From positions 172,431,561 through 172,475,599 of the forward strand of contig NC_068982.1 in assembly GCF_001194135.2 (NCBI RefSeq): a stretch of 44,039 bases of DNA, written 5' to 3'. A program made the translations under genes and the position numbers. This DNA comes from Octopus bimaculoides. Taxonomy: Eukaryota. Under the pieces are notes generated by a model, which worked only from the letters and a program-made list of their open reading frames with translations, was not told where the DNA came from and ran no database searches. Of the stretch, positions 33,587 through 44,039 are shown in pieces. The stretch's first letter is position 1. The number at the start of each line of letters is the position of its first letter.

Positions 33587-33944
33587 CGATGGGCTGAAAT
33601 GCATGGAGGAATATATTCATATACAGATATCCACATACCTATGGAAACATACCTACCAAAAATCAGATACATCGAAGTAAATAAGTGTTATTTATTTATT
33701 TATTTATTTGTATATTTATTCAAGTAATCATCATCATCATCATCATCATCACCACCACTACCATCATCATCATCAGCAGCAGCAGCAGCAGCAACAGCGG
33801 AAGCTTTTCTTATTAGCTTGATGATATTGATAATGATAATGGCGTTGCCAACATTGTCTTTATCATTTGATTCAGTAATTGCTTCACGTTTTTTTAATCT
33901 TTGCTTTCTCATTTAAAAAAAAAAATTTTATTTCTCTTCTACAA

Positions 33945-34043
33945 CGTACGTCTTCCAACTCTTCTTCTTCTCCTCCTCCTCCTCCTCCTTCTTCTTCTTC
34001 TCCTCCTCCTCCTCCTTCTGTTTCTTCTTCTTCTTCTGTTGCT

Positions 34044-34075
<32 letters not shown>

Positions 34076-34325
34076 CTCTTCTTCTCCTCCTCCTTCCTCT
34101 TCTTCTTCTTCTCCTCCTCCTTCCTCTTCTTCTTCTTCTTCTTCTCCTCCTCCTCCTCCTCCTCCTCCTCCTCCTTCTTCTGTTTCTTCTTCGTTCTTCT
34201 TCTCCTCCTCCTCCTTCTTCTTTTTCGTTTTTCTACTTCTTCTTCTGTTTCTTCTTCTGTTTCTTCTTTTTCTCCTCCTCCTCCTCCTCCTTCTTCTTCT
34301 TCTTCTTCTTCTTCTTCTTCTCTCC
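33945..34325. repeat. (TCT)/(TCC) polypyrimidine microsatellite
   Basis: Direct reading; source of the poly-E/K/R/L/S ORFs. Confidence 0.95.
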
Positions 34326-34464
34326 CCACTCATTTTCCATATTCTCATATTCCCTTAGGCTATCCCTTATTCTCTTTCCCGCATTCCCGTTCGTGGTTCT
34401 CACTCCGTAAATGTATCCCTCTCCCAACACACACACACACACATATTTTTTCATTGTATATATT

Positions 34465-34652
34465 CTTTTATTCTTTCACTTGTTTCAGTCATTCGACTGT
34501 GACCATGCTGTTTTTTTTCGAACAATTTGACCCCAGGACTTATCTTAAAAGCCTTATACTTATCCTATCGGCTTCTTTTGCCGAACCGTTAAGTTACGGG
34601 GACGTAAACACACCATCATCGGTTGTCAAGCGATGTTGGGGGACAATCACAG

Positions 34653-34689
<37 letters not shown>

Positions 34690-34690
34690 C

Positions 34691-34749
<59 letters not shown>

Positions 34750-35406
34750 NNNNNNNNNNNNNNNNNNNNNNNNNNNNNNNNNNNNNNNNNNNNNNNNNNN
34801 NNNNNNNNNNNNNNNNNNNNNNNNNNNNNNNNNNNNNNNNNNNNNNNNNNNNNNNNNNNNNNNNNNNNNNNNNNNNNNNNNNNNNNNNNNNNNNNNNNNN
34901 NNNNNNNNNNNNNNNNNNNNNNNNNNNNNNNNNNNNNNNNNNNNNNNNNNNNNNNNNNNNNNNNNNNNNNNNNNNNNNNNNNNNNNNNNNNNNNNNNNNN
35001 NNNNNNNNNNNNNNNNNNNNNNNNNNNNNNNNNNNNNNNNNNNNNNNNNNNNNNNNNNNNNNNNNNNNNNNNNNNNNNNNNNNNNNNNNNNNNNNNNNNN
35101 NNNNNNNNNNNNNNNNNNNNNNNNNNNNNNNNNNNNNNNNNNNNNNNNNNNNNNNNNNNNNNNNNNNNNNNNNNNNNNNNNNNNNNNNNNNNNNNNNNNN
35201 NNNNNNNNNNNNNNNNNNNNNNNNNNNNNNNNNNNNNNNNNNNNNNNNNNNNNNNNNNNNNNNNNNNNNNNNNNNNNNNNNNNNNNNNNNNNNNNNNNNN
35301 NNNNNNNNNNNNNNNNNNNNNNNNNNNNNNNNNNNNNNNNNNNNNNNNNNNNNNNNNNNCTGTACCCGTCGTTGGGTACAGCATATTATCCTCCATTTTC
35401 TAATTG

Positions 35407-35444
<38 letters not shown>

Positions 35445-35765
35445 CAAATAATAAATGAGTATATGCATATATACGTACAGGTATGTGCATACCTACGTCT
35501 ACCTGTATATATAGGTGCATATCTGGGTACAGGACATAGCAAACAAAACGTAGACAAGAAAATAATAATAACCAGAGTACAGAAAACACACAAGCCACAT
35601 AGAGAACATTTTCCTTCATCAGCTACCCCTATTTCAACACCGGCGTTTCGAATATATACAACGGGCTTCTTTCAGTTTCCGTCTACCAAATTTACTCACA
35701 AGGCTTTAGTCAGTTCGAGACTGTGGTGGAAGATAGTTGCCCAGGTTGTCACGCTTCTTACCACA
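34465..35765 (-). mobile_element. SINE family A spanning a gap, with family P nested in its microsatellite core
   Basis: 3' part 34465-34650, 5' part 35657-35765. Confidence 0.7.
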
Positions 35766-36855
35766 CACCCACGCCTCTATATATCTTTTATCTTTATCCT
35801 CCATATCTTCCTTTTTCGTCTACCTATACTTTTTCGCTACTTTCCTCCAAGCCCTACTTTCCTCCAGGCCTTCCATACTCCTTCGTGCCTTTTCGCTGTT
35901 CTTCACTACCATTAGTAACATCACCTCAATGGCTACTACACGTTTCATACACTTTTCAACTAACATTATAACAAGTCTAACACTAACTTTACCTTTCATT
36001 CTCGAGGGGTTGATAAAATAAAGTAGCATTGGAGTAGATTTGATAATCCTATAAAAAAACACCTCCTTCTGTCTTATTTCCTTTTTCTTTCTTTCTCCCT
36101 TTTTATTCTCTACTTCGTTCTACCTTTTCCTTCCCGTTTAATGCTATTGTCATCTCTTCCCACTACCCTCCTCTTTCTTTCTCTCTCTCTCTCTCTCTAA
36201 TTCACCTTTATTCTTTCTATATTTTCCTCCTCTCTCATACTATCATCACCTCCTCTCATTTCTCATCCTCACCCTTCCCTTCTTGTTCTAACTCTCCTTT
36301 GCACCTCGTCAGTACTACCTCTCCTCCTCATCCTAACCCTCTTCATCCACTACCTCTTTGTCTCTCTCTCTCTCTCGTTCACAACTCCTTCCTCCCCTTC
36401 TCATTCATTTACCCTTGCCTCTCTCCCATCGTCTGCCATCTCCACCATTAAATATCCTCATCGTTCTATTCTTCTTGCCTCTTCCTTTCTTTGTATCATC
36501 CGCTAATCTTTCTCCCATTCAATTTATCCTCTGCCTCTCCATCATTCGTGTCTCTTTCCTCCTCTTCTTCTTCTTCTTCTTCTTGCTCCGACTCTCTCTT
36601 CTTAATTTCATCTCATTTCCCCCCCCCCAACCTCTCCCTCTGTCCCCCTACTCTCCCGATCTTACGCACCACCCCTTTCCTCTTCACCAGCCTCCTCCTT
36701 TCCCCCTTCTCTACTACTTCGGTAGTCTTCAGTCTTAAGTAGATGAACTCTGTCTTAACCTCTCTCTCTCTCTCTCTGCCACTCTCTCTTGTGGTGTGGC
36801 TTGCCAACTGCATGCTTGGTTTAAGCTGGCGAGCTTGGATGACTGACTTTTACGG

Positions 36856-36856
<1 letters not shown>

Positions 36857-36889
<33 letters not shown>

Positions 36890-36990
36890 GCTGCTACTGC
36901 TGCTGCTGCCGCCGCTGCTGCTGCTGCTAATACTACTACTACTATTACTACTACTACAATGGCAGCATCGGAAATGCTAACGGCGACTAC

Positions 36991-37025
<35 letters not shown>

Positions 37026-37242
37026 CAGTAGCAGTAGTAGTAGTAGTAGTAGTAGTAGTAGCAGCAGTAGTAGTAGTAGTAGCAGTAGCAGTAGCAGTAG
37101 TAGTAGTAGTAGTAGTAGTAGTAGCAGTTGCTGTTGTTGTTGTGGATCTTTCGTTAGCCTCAAGGTCCCAGGTTATGTGTGCACGAAACATTAGGCTACA
37201 ATAACATACCAAAAAGTAATAACGATACGAAACCGCAGCATT

Positions 37243-37283
<41 letters not shown>

Positions 37284-37400
37284 CAGCATCAGTCAGCAGA
37301 CAACACTTAACAGTAGTACTGACAACCACAACACTAGCGGCAGCAGCAACACAACAGCAGCAACACAACAGCAGCAGCCAGTACTAACTATAAATCAGCA
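36857..37400. repeat. (CTA)/(CTG), (GTA)/(GCA) and (CAG)/(CAA) trinucleotide arrays
   Basis: Direct reading. Confidence 0.9.
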
Positions 37401-37802
37401 GCAACAGCATATCATTCTGATAGTTGCACAATCATCAAAAGATATTGCAATACCAGCAAATTCTATTCACCAATTTCTCCTCTACACTCTTCGATATATT
37501 CTTATCGTCAGCTACATCGTACTCTCTCTCTATCTTTCTTCTCTCTCTCTCTCTCTTTCTCTCTCACTCTCTTTCTTTCTTTCTATTACGTTTCTGTCTC
37601 TCACGTATTGTATCTAATCCCTTATTATATTTTTTTCACGTCCCTTCTCATTCTTCTTTTAGTTTTCTTTTAAAATCTTCCATCTTGCTCTTCTTTTTTG
37701 CCGCCGCTCTTCTCTTCTCTCTCTCTTTTTCACTATTATATTATCTTTCTAATACTTTCACTCACGCACGCTTCTTCTCTCCTTCACTTTTTCTTCGTAT
37801 CC

Positions 37803-37842
<40 letters not shown>

Positions 37843-37843
37843 G

Positions 37844-37891
<48 letters not shown>

Positions 37892-38261
37892 CCTATCTAT
37901 CTATCTACTTATCTATCTGTCTGTTTTCCTTCTCCTACTCTGTTACCCTCCCTCTCTTCCTTTCTCCCTTCCTCTGACTCAATCAGTTTTGTCACTGTTT
38001 TTCTCCCCACTCTCTCCCTTTGCCATTCTCTCATTCATTCTCACTCTCGTCTGCTCCAATCAATTTGCTGTTGTTTGCCACAATTTCGTGAGTCTCTCCA
38101 CCCCCACCCCCAACCATCACTACATCTTAACCCCGCTCTCTTACTTTTCTCTCCCGCTTTAAATCCACCATTTTATCTATCTCACCTTTCTTCACTCTCT
38201 TATAAGCTTCACTGATTTTCCAACTAGATTTTCTCCGAATCTTCCAATCAGTCCCTCATAA

Positions 38262-38351
<90 letters not shown>

Positions 38352-38510
38352 CACATTTCTCTTTCTGTAAGTATCAGTCAAGTCCGGAAGTTAATTTATA
38401 TAACTCCTCCTTAACTTTAATTCCATTTTTAAGAATAAATCCATCGTTATTGTTATTTGTAGTAACATCACCGAAAACTAAGTATGTAGAATTTGCTAGT
38501 TGCTCATTAC

Positions 38511-38539
38511 CGTTTATATTCTGCTTCGTTCTTCTTCAT
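38511..38539 (-). CDS. Candidate first coding exon (MKKNEAEYKR)
   Basis: ATG at 38539 and donor CG|GTAATG in phase 2, matching the exon at 29963. A YY1-like CCGCCATTT motif lies about 35 bp upstream. Confidence 0.25.
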
Positions 38540-38865
38540 TAAACATCGACGGGTAAAAGAAGAAGAAACAAATGGCGGATTCGGTGTGTTGGAGCGTGGG
38601 TTGAACAGTAGAACATTTTCGAAAACTTTCCGAAAGAGATAACCGGTATAACCAAGAAATATATTTATCGGCAGGTTCAAGGAATTTCGAAAAGAAAGAC
38701 AGAGAGATATGAAATGAAAACGTACATAATAAAACAAGAAATTTAGGTATGGGCCGAGTGGGCGTATGGATAAATTATAGCTTTATACCAAAACTAGGGG
38801 ACCAAGCAATAAATATATATGCGTGTGTGTGTGTTTGCTTGTGTGCGTGTAATTATATATGTATG

Positions 38866-38897
<32 letters not shown>

Positions 38898-39225
38898 CAC
38901 ACACACATATACATATATATATATACATATACGCATACACACGCGCGCGCGCGCACACACACACATATCAACGGAAAACACCTGTCGCCCTTCTCAGGCT
39001 GCTTGGACAGATTTCAGTAGGGGCTCTTTATTACTGCTACTATCTATCTATCTATCTATCTGTCAGTCTGTCTATCTGTCAGTCTATCTTTCTACCTGTC
39101 TGTCTATCTGTTATTTCTCCTCAGTAATTTTATCCCCAACAGCTGTGCAATCCCGTCCCATGCTATGTACCATTTCTAGTACTCGTATGCGTGTGTGTGT
39201 GTGAATATATATATATATATATATT

Positions 39226-39263
<38 letters not shown>

Positions 39264-40081
39264 GTTACTGCACAGTTTCTATTCAAAAGATTCCATTCAT
39301 AAATCGAAGCTGAAGTGACAGACACATTAAATGATCAAAGCATCGTGAAGCAGGATCGGTCCCTCAACCACGTGGTTATCGGGTGAAATTCTTACACACA
39401 CACACACACACACACGCACTCACGCACACACATACATTTCGGAAATCTACAGTGGCTCCATAACTTCCGTCTCGACTTATAACCTTGGAGCCCTGGCAAT
39501 CCGTTACAGCACTTACCTGTGAACTAAACCCCTATACATATAAATATATATATATATATATATATAATACAAAGAATATATATACATGTATACACACATA
39601 TATGTACATACTTACATCTACATGTGTATATACATGCATATCAGGGTACAGGACGTTAGAACAATAAACTACAGACAACGGAACGAACACATAGGAAAAC
39701 GGAAAGCCCCTTGGAATATCCCTTCATCAGCTGTCTCTATTCTATCTAGACGTTTCGAAGTGAATCCGGGTGGTTAAACCGAACGGAAGAATCCATGGTA
39801 GTGACAAGGTCATTACGTCTACGGTTTTATGTTATGTTACGTTATGCATGTATGTATGTATGCGTGTATGTATGTATGTATGGATGGATGGATGGATGTA
39901 TGTATGCATGTATGTATGCGCTCATGTCTATCTGTCTGTATGTGTATTTGTATGTGTGTGTGTGTATGTATATCTTTTCTGTATTAACCATTTAAATTCT
40001 CCCTCCGAAGAAGGAGATATATATATTCGTATGCATGTATGTATGTATGCATGTATGTATGTATGTATGTATGTATGTATG

Positions 40082-40112
<31 letters not shown>

Positions 40113-40768
40113 GTGTCAATGCATGCATGCACGTATGTATGTATGTATGCACGTAATGTAGGTGTGCGCGTGTCCGGTTCTGTGTTCATGATTATTGCCT
40201 TTATATCGTGGAACAACAATGCGTTGTCAATGCCCATAGAAGAAAAAAACTACGTCACTTTGAACCGGTGGGAATGGAAATAACTGGCGGCACACTAGTA
40301 ACTTTTTATTGCCACCACTTCAAATTATTAATGTATCTAGCAGCAGATAGTCTACATACACTGAGAGTAGCAAAAAGGCGGGATGGATCGCAGCCTCCGA
40401 TATGTTGCAGTCAGCGAAAGCGACGTTAACAGGTGACGTCGCATACTAACAAACAAACGGCATGACGTCTACAAGGCCAACGCTCTGAGGACACTTAGTA
40501 TGCTACCGGGTTACAATATGGTGAGCTCTGAATTAGCCGATGCGACTACAACGTGTCCCGTTATGGACTAGTTTATTATACACAGAACACTGGCGGTGAC
40601 AGGACTCAATACTAGGTGTAGAGTCTAATTTGATATACACATGGTTATGGCTTCAATACCACGACGAAACTCGATCTCTTGATGTAGAGATAATAAAAAC
40701 GTGCTTACAACTCAACATCGTAATACACTGAAATACACACCCATCACTTCTCTCTCTCTCTCTGCATA

Positions 40769-40801
<33 letters not shown>

Positions 40802-40806
40802 CGATG

Positions 40807-40876
40807 GCCCGATAACTGAAGAGATGGCGGCGTGGGTTTCCGCCCCGACATCCGAAACTCGGAGTTTTATCATGGC
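40807..40876 (+). ncRNA. Type I hammerhead-ribozyme-like motif (Penelope pLTR type)
   Basis: Stem I GATAA/TTATC extendable with GCC/GGC; intact core CTGAAGA (40816-40822); stem II GATG/CATC plus GCGG/CCGC with one extra C before GAAA; palindromic stem III ACTC-G-GAGT; GUU triplet. Confidence 0.6.
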
Positions 40877-41651
40877 TACCGAATAATTGTCACATATTAT
40901 ATTTACAGATAAATTCCTCTATTTACATAATATCGAGGTCTCTTTCATTCTTTTGTTGTCTTAAGATTTCTATCAATATATGTATATATATATGAAGGAA
41001 TTGTTCTCTATGTGGCCTGTCTGTTTTCCTGTGTGTTCCTACCGTTGTCCGAAAAAAAGTTTATTTTCCGTGCTTTGTTTATGTTCTCATTTTTTTCATT
41101 TTGTCCACGTTCTTTTGTGACATCCTGTACCCAGATATGCATCTATATATACATGTTGATGTTGGTATGTACATACATGTACGTATATATGCATATACTC
41201 ACATATTATTTGTATTGTATATATATATATATATATNNNNNNNNNNNNNNNNNNNNNNNNNNNNNNNNNNNNNNNNNNNNNNNNNNNNNNNNNNNNNNNN
41301 NNNNNNNNNNNNNNNNNNNNNNNNNNNNNNNNNNNNNNNNNNNNNNNNNNNNNNNNNNNNNNNNNNNNNNNNNNNNNNNNNNNNNNNNNNNNNNNNNNNN
41401 NNNNNNNNNNNNNNNNNNNNNNNNNNNNNNNNNNNNNNNNNNNNNNNNNNNNNNNNNNNNNNNNNNNNNNNNNNNNNNNNNNNNNNNNNNNNNNNNNNNN
41501 NNNNNNNNNNNNNNNNNNNNNNNNNNNNNNNNNNNNNNNNNNNNNNNNNNNNNNNNGCCCTGTAATAAAAAAGAACTTAGATGGTTGGGCCGCCAACTTG
41601 ACCTTTCGCGACACCCTTAAGGCCAGGAAATTTTCAGCATAACCCTCGTAT

Positions 41652-41702
<51 letters not shown>

Positions 41703-41898
41703 GTACACGGTATTCAAAGAAAAGTTACGAATAGTTACTATTAGTAGCTCTTATTTTACTACTAGTGTTCATTAACGATATTTATCTCTTACTAGATGGA
41801 ATACGTTTTTGTAGATCTTAACGGAATAGTAAATTATCTATATGTCTGTCTGCCTGTCCGTCCGTCCGTCTGTCTGCCTGTCTATCTATCTATCTATC

Positions 41899-41929
<31 letters not shown>

Positions 41930-41994
41930 CTATCCGTCTAACTTATATATCCGTCTGTCTATCTGTTCGTCCGTACGTATGTACGTTTGTTTGT

Positions 41995-42195
41995 GTGTCT
42001 GTGTTTGTTCCCCCAACCATCGCTTGAGAACCGATGCTGGTGTGTTTAAGTCCCCGTAACTTAGCGGTTCGGCAGAGAGACCGATAAAATAAGTACTAGG
42101 CTTACAAAGAATAAGTTCTGGTATCGATTTGCTCGACTAAAGGCGGTGCTCCAGCATGGCTACAGTCAAATGACTGAAACAAATGAAAGAGTAGA
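41995..42195 (+). mobile_element. SINE family A, 3' part
   Basis: catcgcttgagaaccgatgctggtgtgtttaagtcccc...tcaaatgactgaaac. Confidence 0.9.
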
Positions 42196-42992
42196 TATAT
42201 ATATGCTTATATAAACTTGGAAATAGATGTGTGGCGTTCAATAAATTAATAATATAAATAATATATATATATATATATATGCATATATACATACATATAT
42301 GTACATACGTATACATGTATGTAGATATGCATATATGGGTACAGGACGTCACAAAACGTAAACAACGTGAAATACGAAAATAAAGTTGGATACGCATACA
42401 ACGAGAGAAACAAATGAAAAACAATAGAGAGAGAGNNNNNNNNNNNNNNNNNNNNNNNNNNNNNNNNNNNNNNNNNNNNNNNNNNNNNNNNNNNNNNNNN
42501 NNNNNNNNNNNNNNNNNNNNNNNNNNNNNNNNNNNNNNNNNNNNNNNNNNNNNNNNNNNNNNNNNNNNNNNNNNNNNNNNNNNNNNNNNNNNNNNNNNNN
42601 NNNNNNNNNNNNNNNNNNNNNNNNNNNNNNNNNNNNNNNNNNNNNNNNNNNNNNNNNNNNNNNNNNNNNNNNNNNNNNNNNNNNNNNNNNNNNNNNNNNN
42701 NNNNNNNNNNNNNNNNNNNNNNNNNNNNNNNNNNNNNNNNNNNNNNNNNNNNNNNNNNNNNNNNNNNNNNNNNNNNNNNNNNNNCTCACCCAACTGCTGT
42801 TCTTTAAATCTACTGGCACAAGCTGAGAGTAAGGCGTTTCAGCCTAACCATTTTTTCCCACAGTCACCTTTTTACAAATATACTGAAAGAAAGCACTTCC
42901 CCTCCTGACCTGACTTACCTTTCCAAATGGAACTTAAAAAAAGTTGATGAGGCTTGACCGCAGAGGAGGGTATTGACCTCTCTCTCTCTCTC

Positions 42993-43031
<39 letters not shown>

Positions 43032-43837
43032 TAAAACAAATGGATGTCTTATAAATCTATTCCGGACATACAATAACGGCTATACCAACTTAACACACCT
43101 CCATCATCAGCTGCCTTACGAATATCACTATGGTTTCGACACCTGGGCAGTAACATTCAATCCGGCGGTGTCAACAACACTAAAATAAGTGTTGTTTGGG
43201 AAAAAAACATACCTTAAATATCACCACATGCATTCAGTCTTAATTCTAGGAAGGATTAAACAATAACATTATTAATCGAGCTACAAGAAAGAAACCACGT
43301 TTACCCTATGAACAAAACAGTGTCGGTAAATTAAGTGAGTTTGGAGGGATATATTATCCAGGCAGATACCGTGTTAGCACTCAGTTGAGTTCTACTTGAC
43401 GTCTAATCACAACGGTCACTATCCAACGTCCGTTTCAATAAGTTGTTAGTCATTCCGTGCATTCTTCCGATTGGTGATTTCGTGTGATCTACGTTGGACA
43501 GTAGAAGTTGCCTGGAGTATATATTAATATTAATAATAATAATAATAATATTTTATAGTTACATACAGCATAACCTACGGGTGTTTCCACATATATTTAC
43601 CCACATATCCTAATTTATGCATTCTGACATACATAATATAATGTACATACAAAGCATGTAAATGTGTGTTTGTGTGTGTGTGTGTATCTGTGAGTGTGTG
43701 TGAAATTATTTCTCAGCAATACTCGGGACCAACGATATGCGTCCACTAAAAGTAGATTTTATGAACCCGCATGTGACTATGTTATCTATGTGAGATCCAC
43801 AAGTCCCGGCCGCAGACGTACAAATGCCTACGTCCTT

Positions 43838-43985
43838 GACTTCCGATGTTGGTGCGTTTACGTCTCCGTAATTTAGTAGTTGGGAAGAGACAACGATAGA
43901 ATAAGTACTAGACTTACAAAGAAAAAGTCATGGGGACGATATGTTCGACTAAAGACTAAAACAAGTAAAATAGTAAAAGAATATA
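43838..43985 (+). mobile_element. SINE family A, 3' part, diverged
   Basis: cgatgttggtgcgtttacgtctccgtaatttag...gaataagtactagacttacaaag. Confidence 0.75.
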
Positions 43986-44039
43986 CACATATATATATAT
44001 GTATATGTATACATATACATATATATATATATATATATA

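Noticed and set aside
33879-34454. Long poly-E/K/R/L/S ORFs (and similar HT/CV/YI/poly-T/poly-V ORFs at 27053-28600, 32699-33187, 36743-38215, 39770-40237)
   Set aside because: Translations of microsatellites that simply lack stop codons; no splice or domain evidence.
36857-37140. (CTA)n followed by (GTA)n forming a large inverted repeat
   Set aside because: A trivial consequence of adjacent complementary trinucleotide microsatellites.
39700-39770. GAAA...CTGATGA motifs in family P (also 8030-8070, 35610-35650) and at 43095-43140 as type II hammerheads
   Set aside because: The core words are present on the minus strand, but stem I does not pair and the GA of the core would be sequestered in stem II.
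43357-43516. Possible MITE with tccaggca/tgcctgga ends
   Set aside because: Only 8 bp of inverted repeat, no clear TSD and a single copy in the window.

Overview
AT-rich eukaryotic DNA, dominated by repeats and microsatellites, with ten assembly gaps. The SINE families and the microsatellite load point to an octopus or other coleoid cephalopod (inference). There are no prokaryotic features, no CRISPR array and no intact rRNA or tRNA genes; nearly all listed ORFs are microsatellite artefacts. Supported content: (1) a complete 1.9 kb non-autonomous Helitron (20-1931, minus). (2) A 1.64 kb ORF1-only L1/Tx1-type retroelement (14259-15902, minus) with an 18-bp target-site duplication (TSD), a CCHC zinc knuckle and no ORF2, nested in a DINE-1/HINE-like element. 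(3) Two L1/Tx1 ORF2 fragments; the 3' end of one closely matches the ORF1-only element and one SINE tail. (4) An RTE LINE remnant. (5) A disabled C2H2 zinc-finger gene fragment (10543-12004, minus). (6) Hammerhead-ribozyme-like motifs of the Penelope type. (7) A long-TIR foldback/MITE with a central (CCCTAA)n tract. (8) About 30 tRNA-derived SINE copies, including a ~96% identical inverted pair. (9) A tentative chain of small minus-strand exons (38539 to 21355) that could encode an unknown 92-101 aa protein; low confidence. The best novelty candidate is the ORF1-only element together with its apparent LINE and SINE partners.
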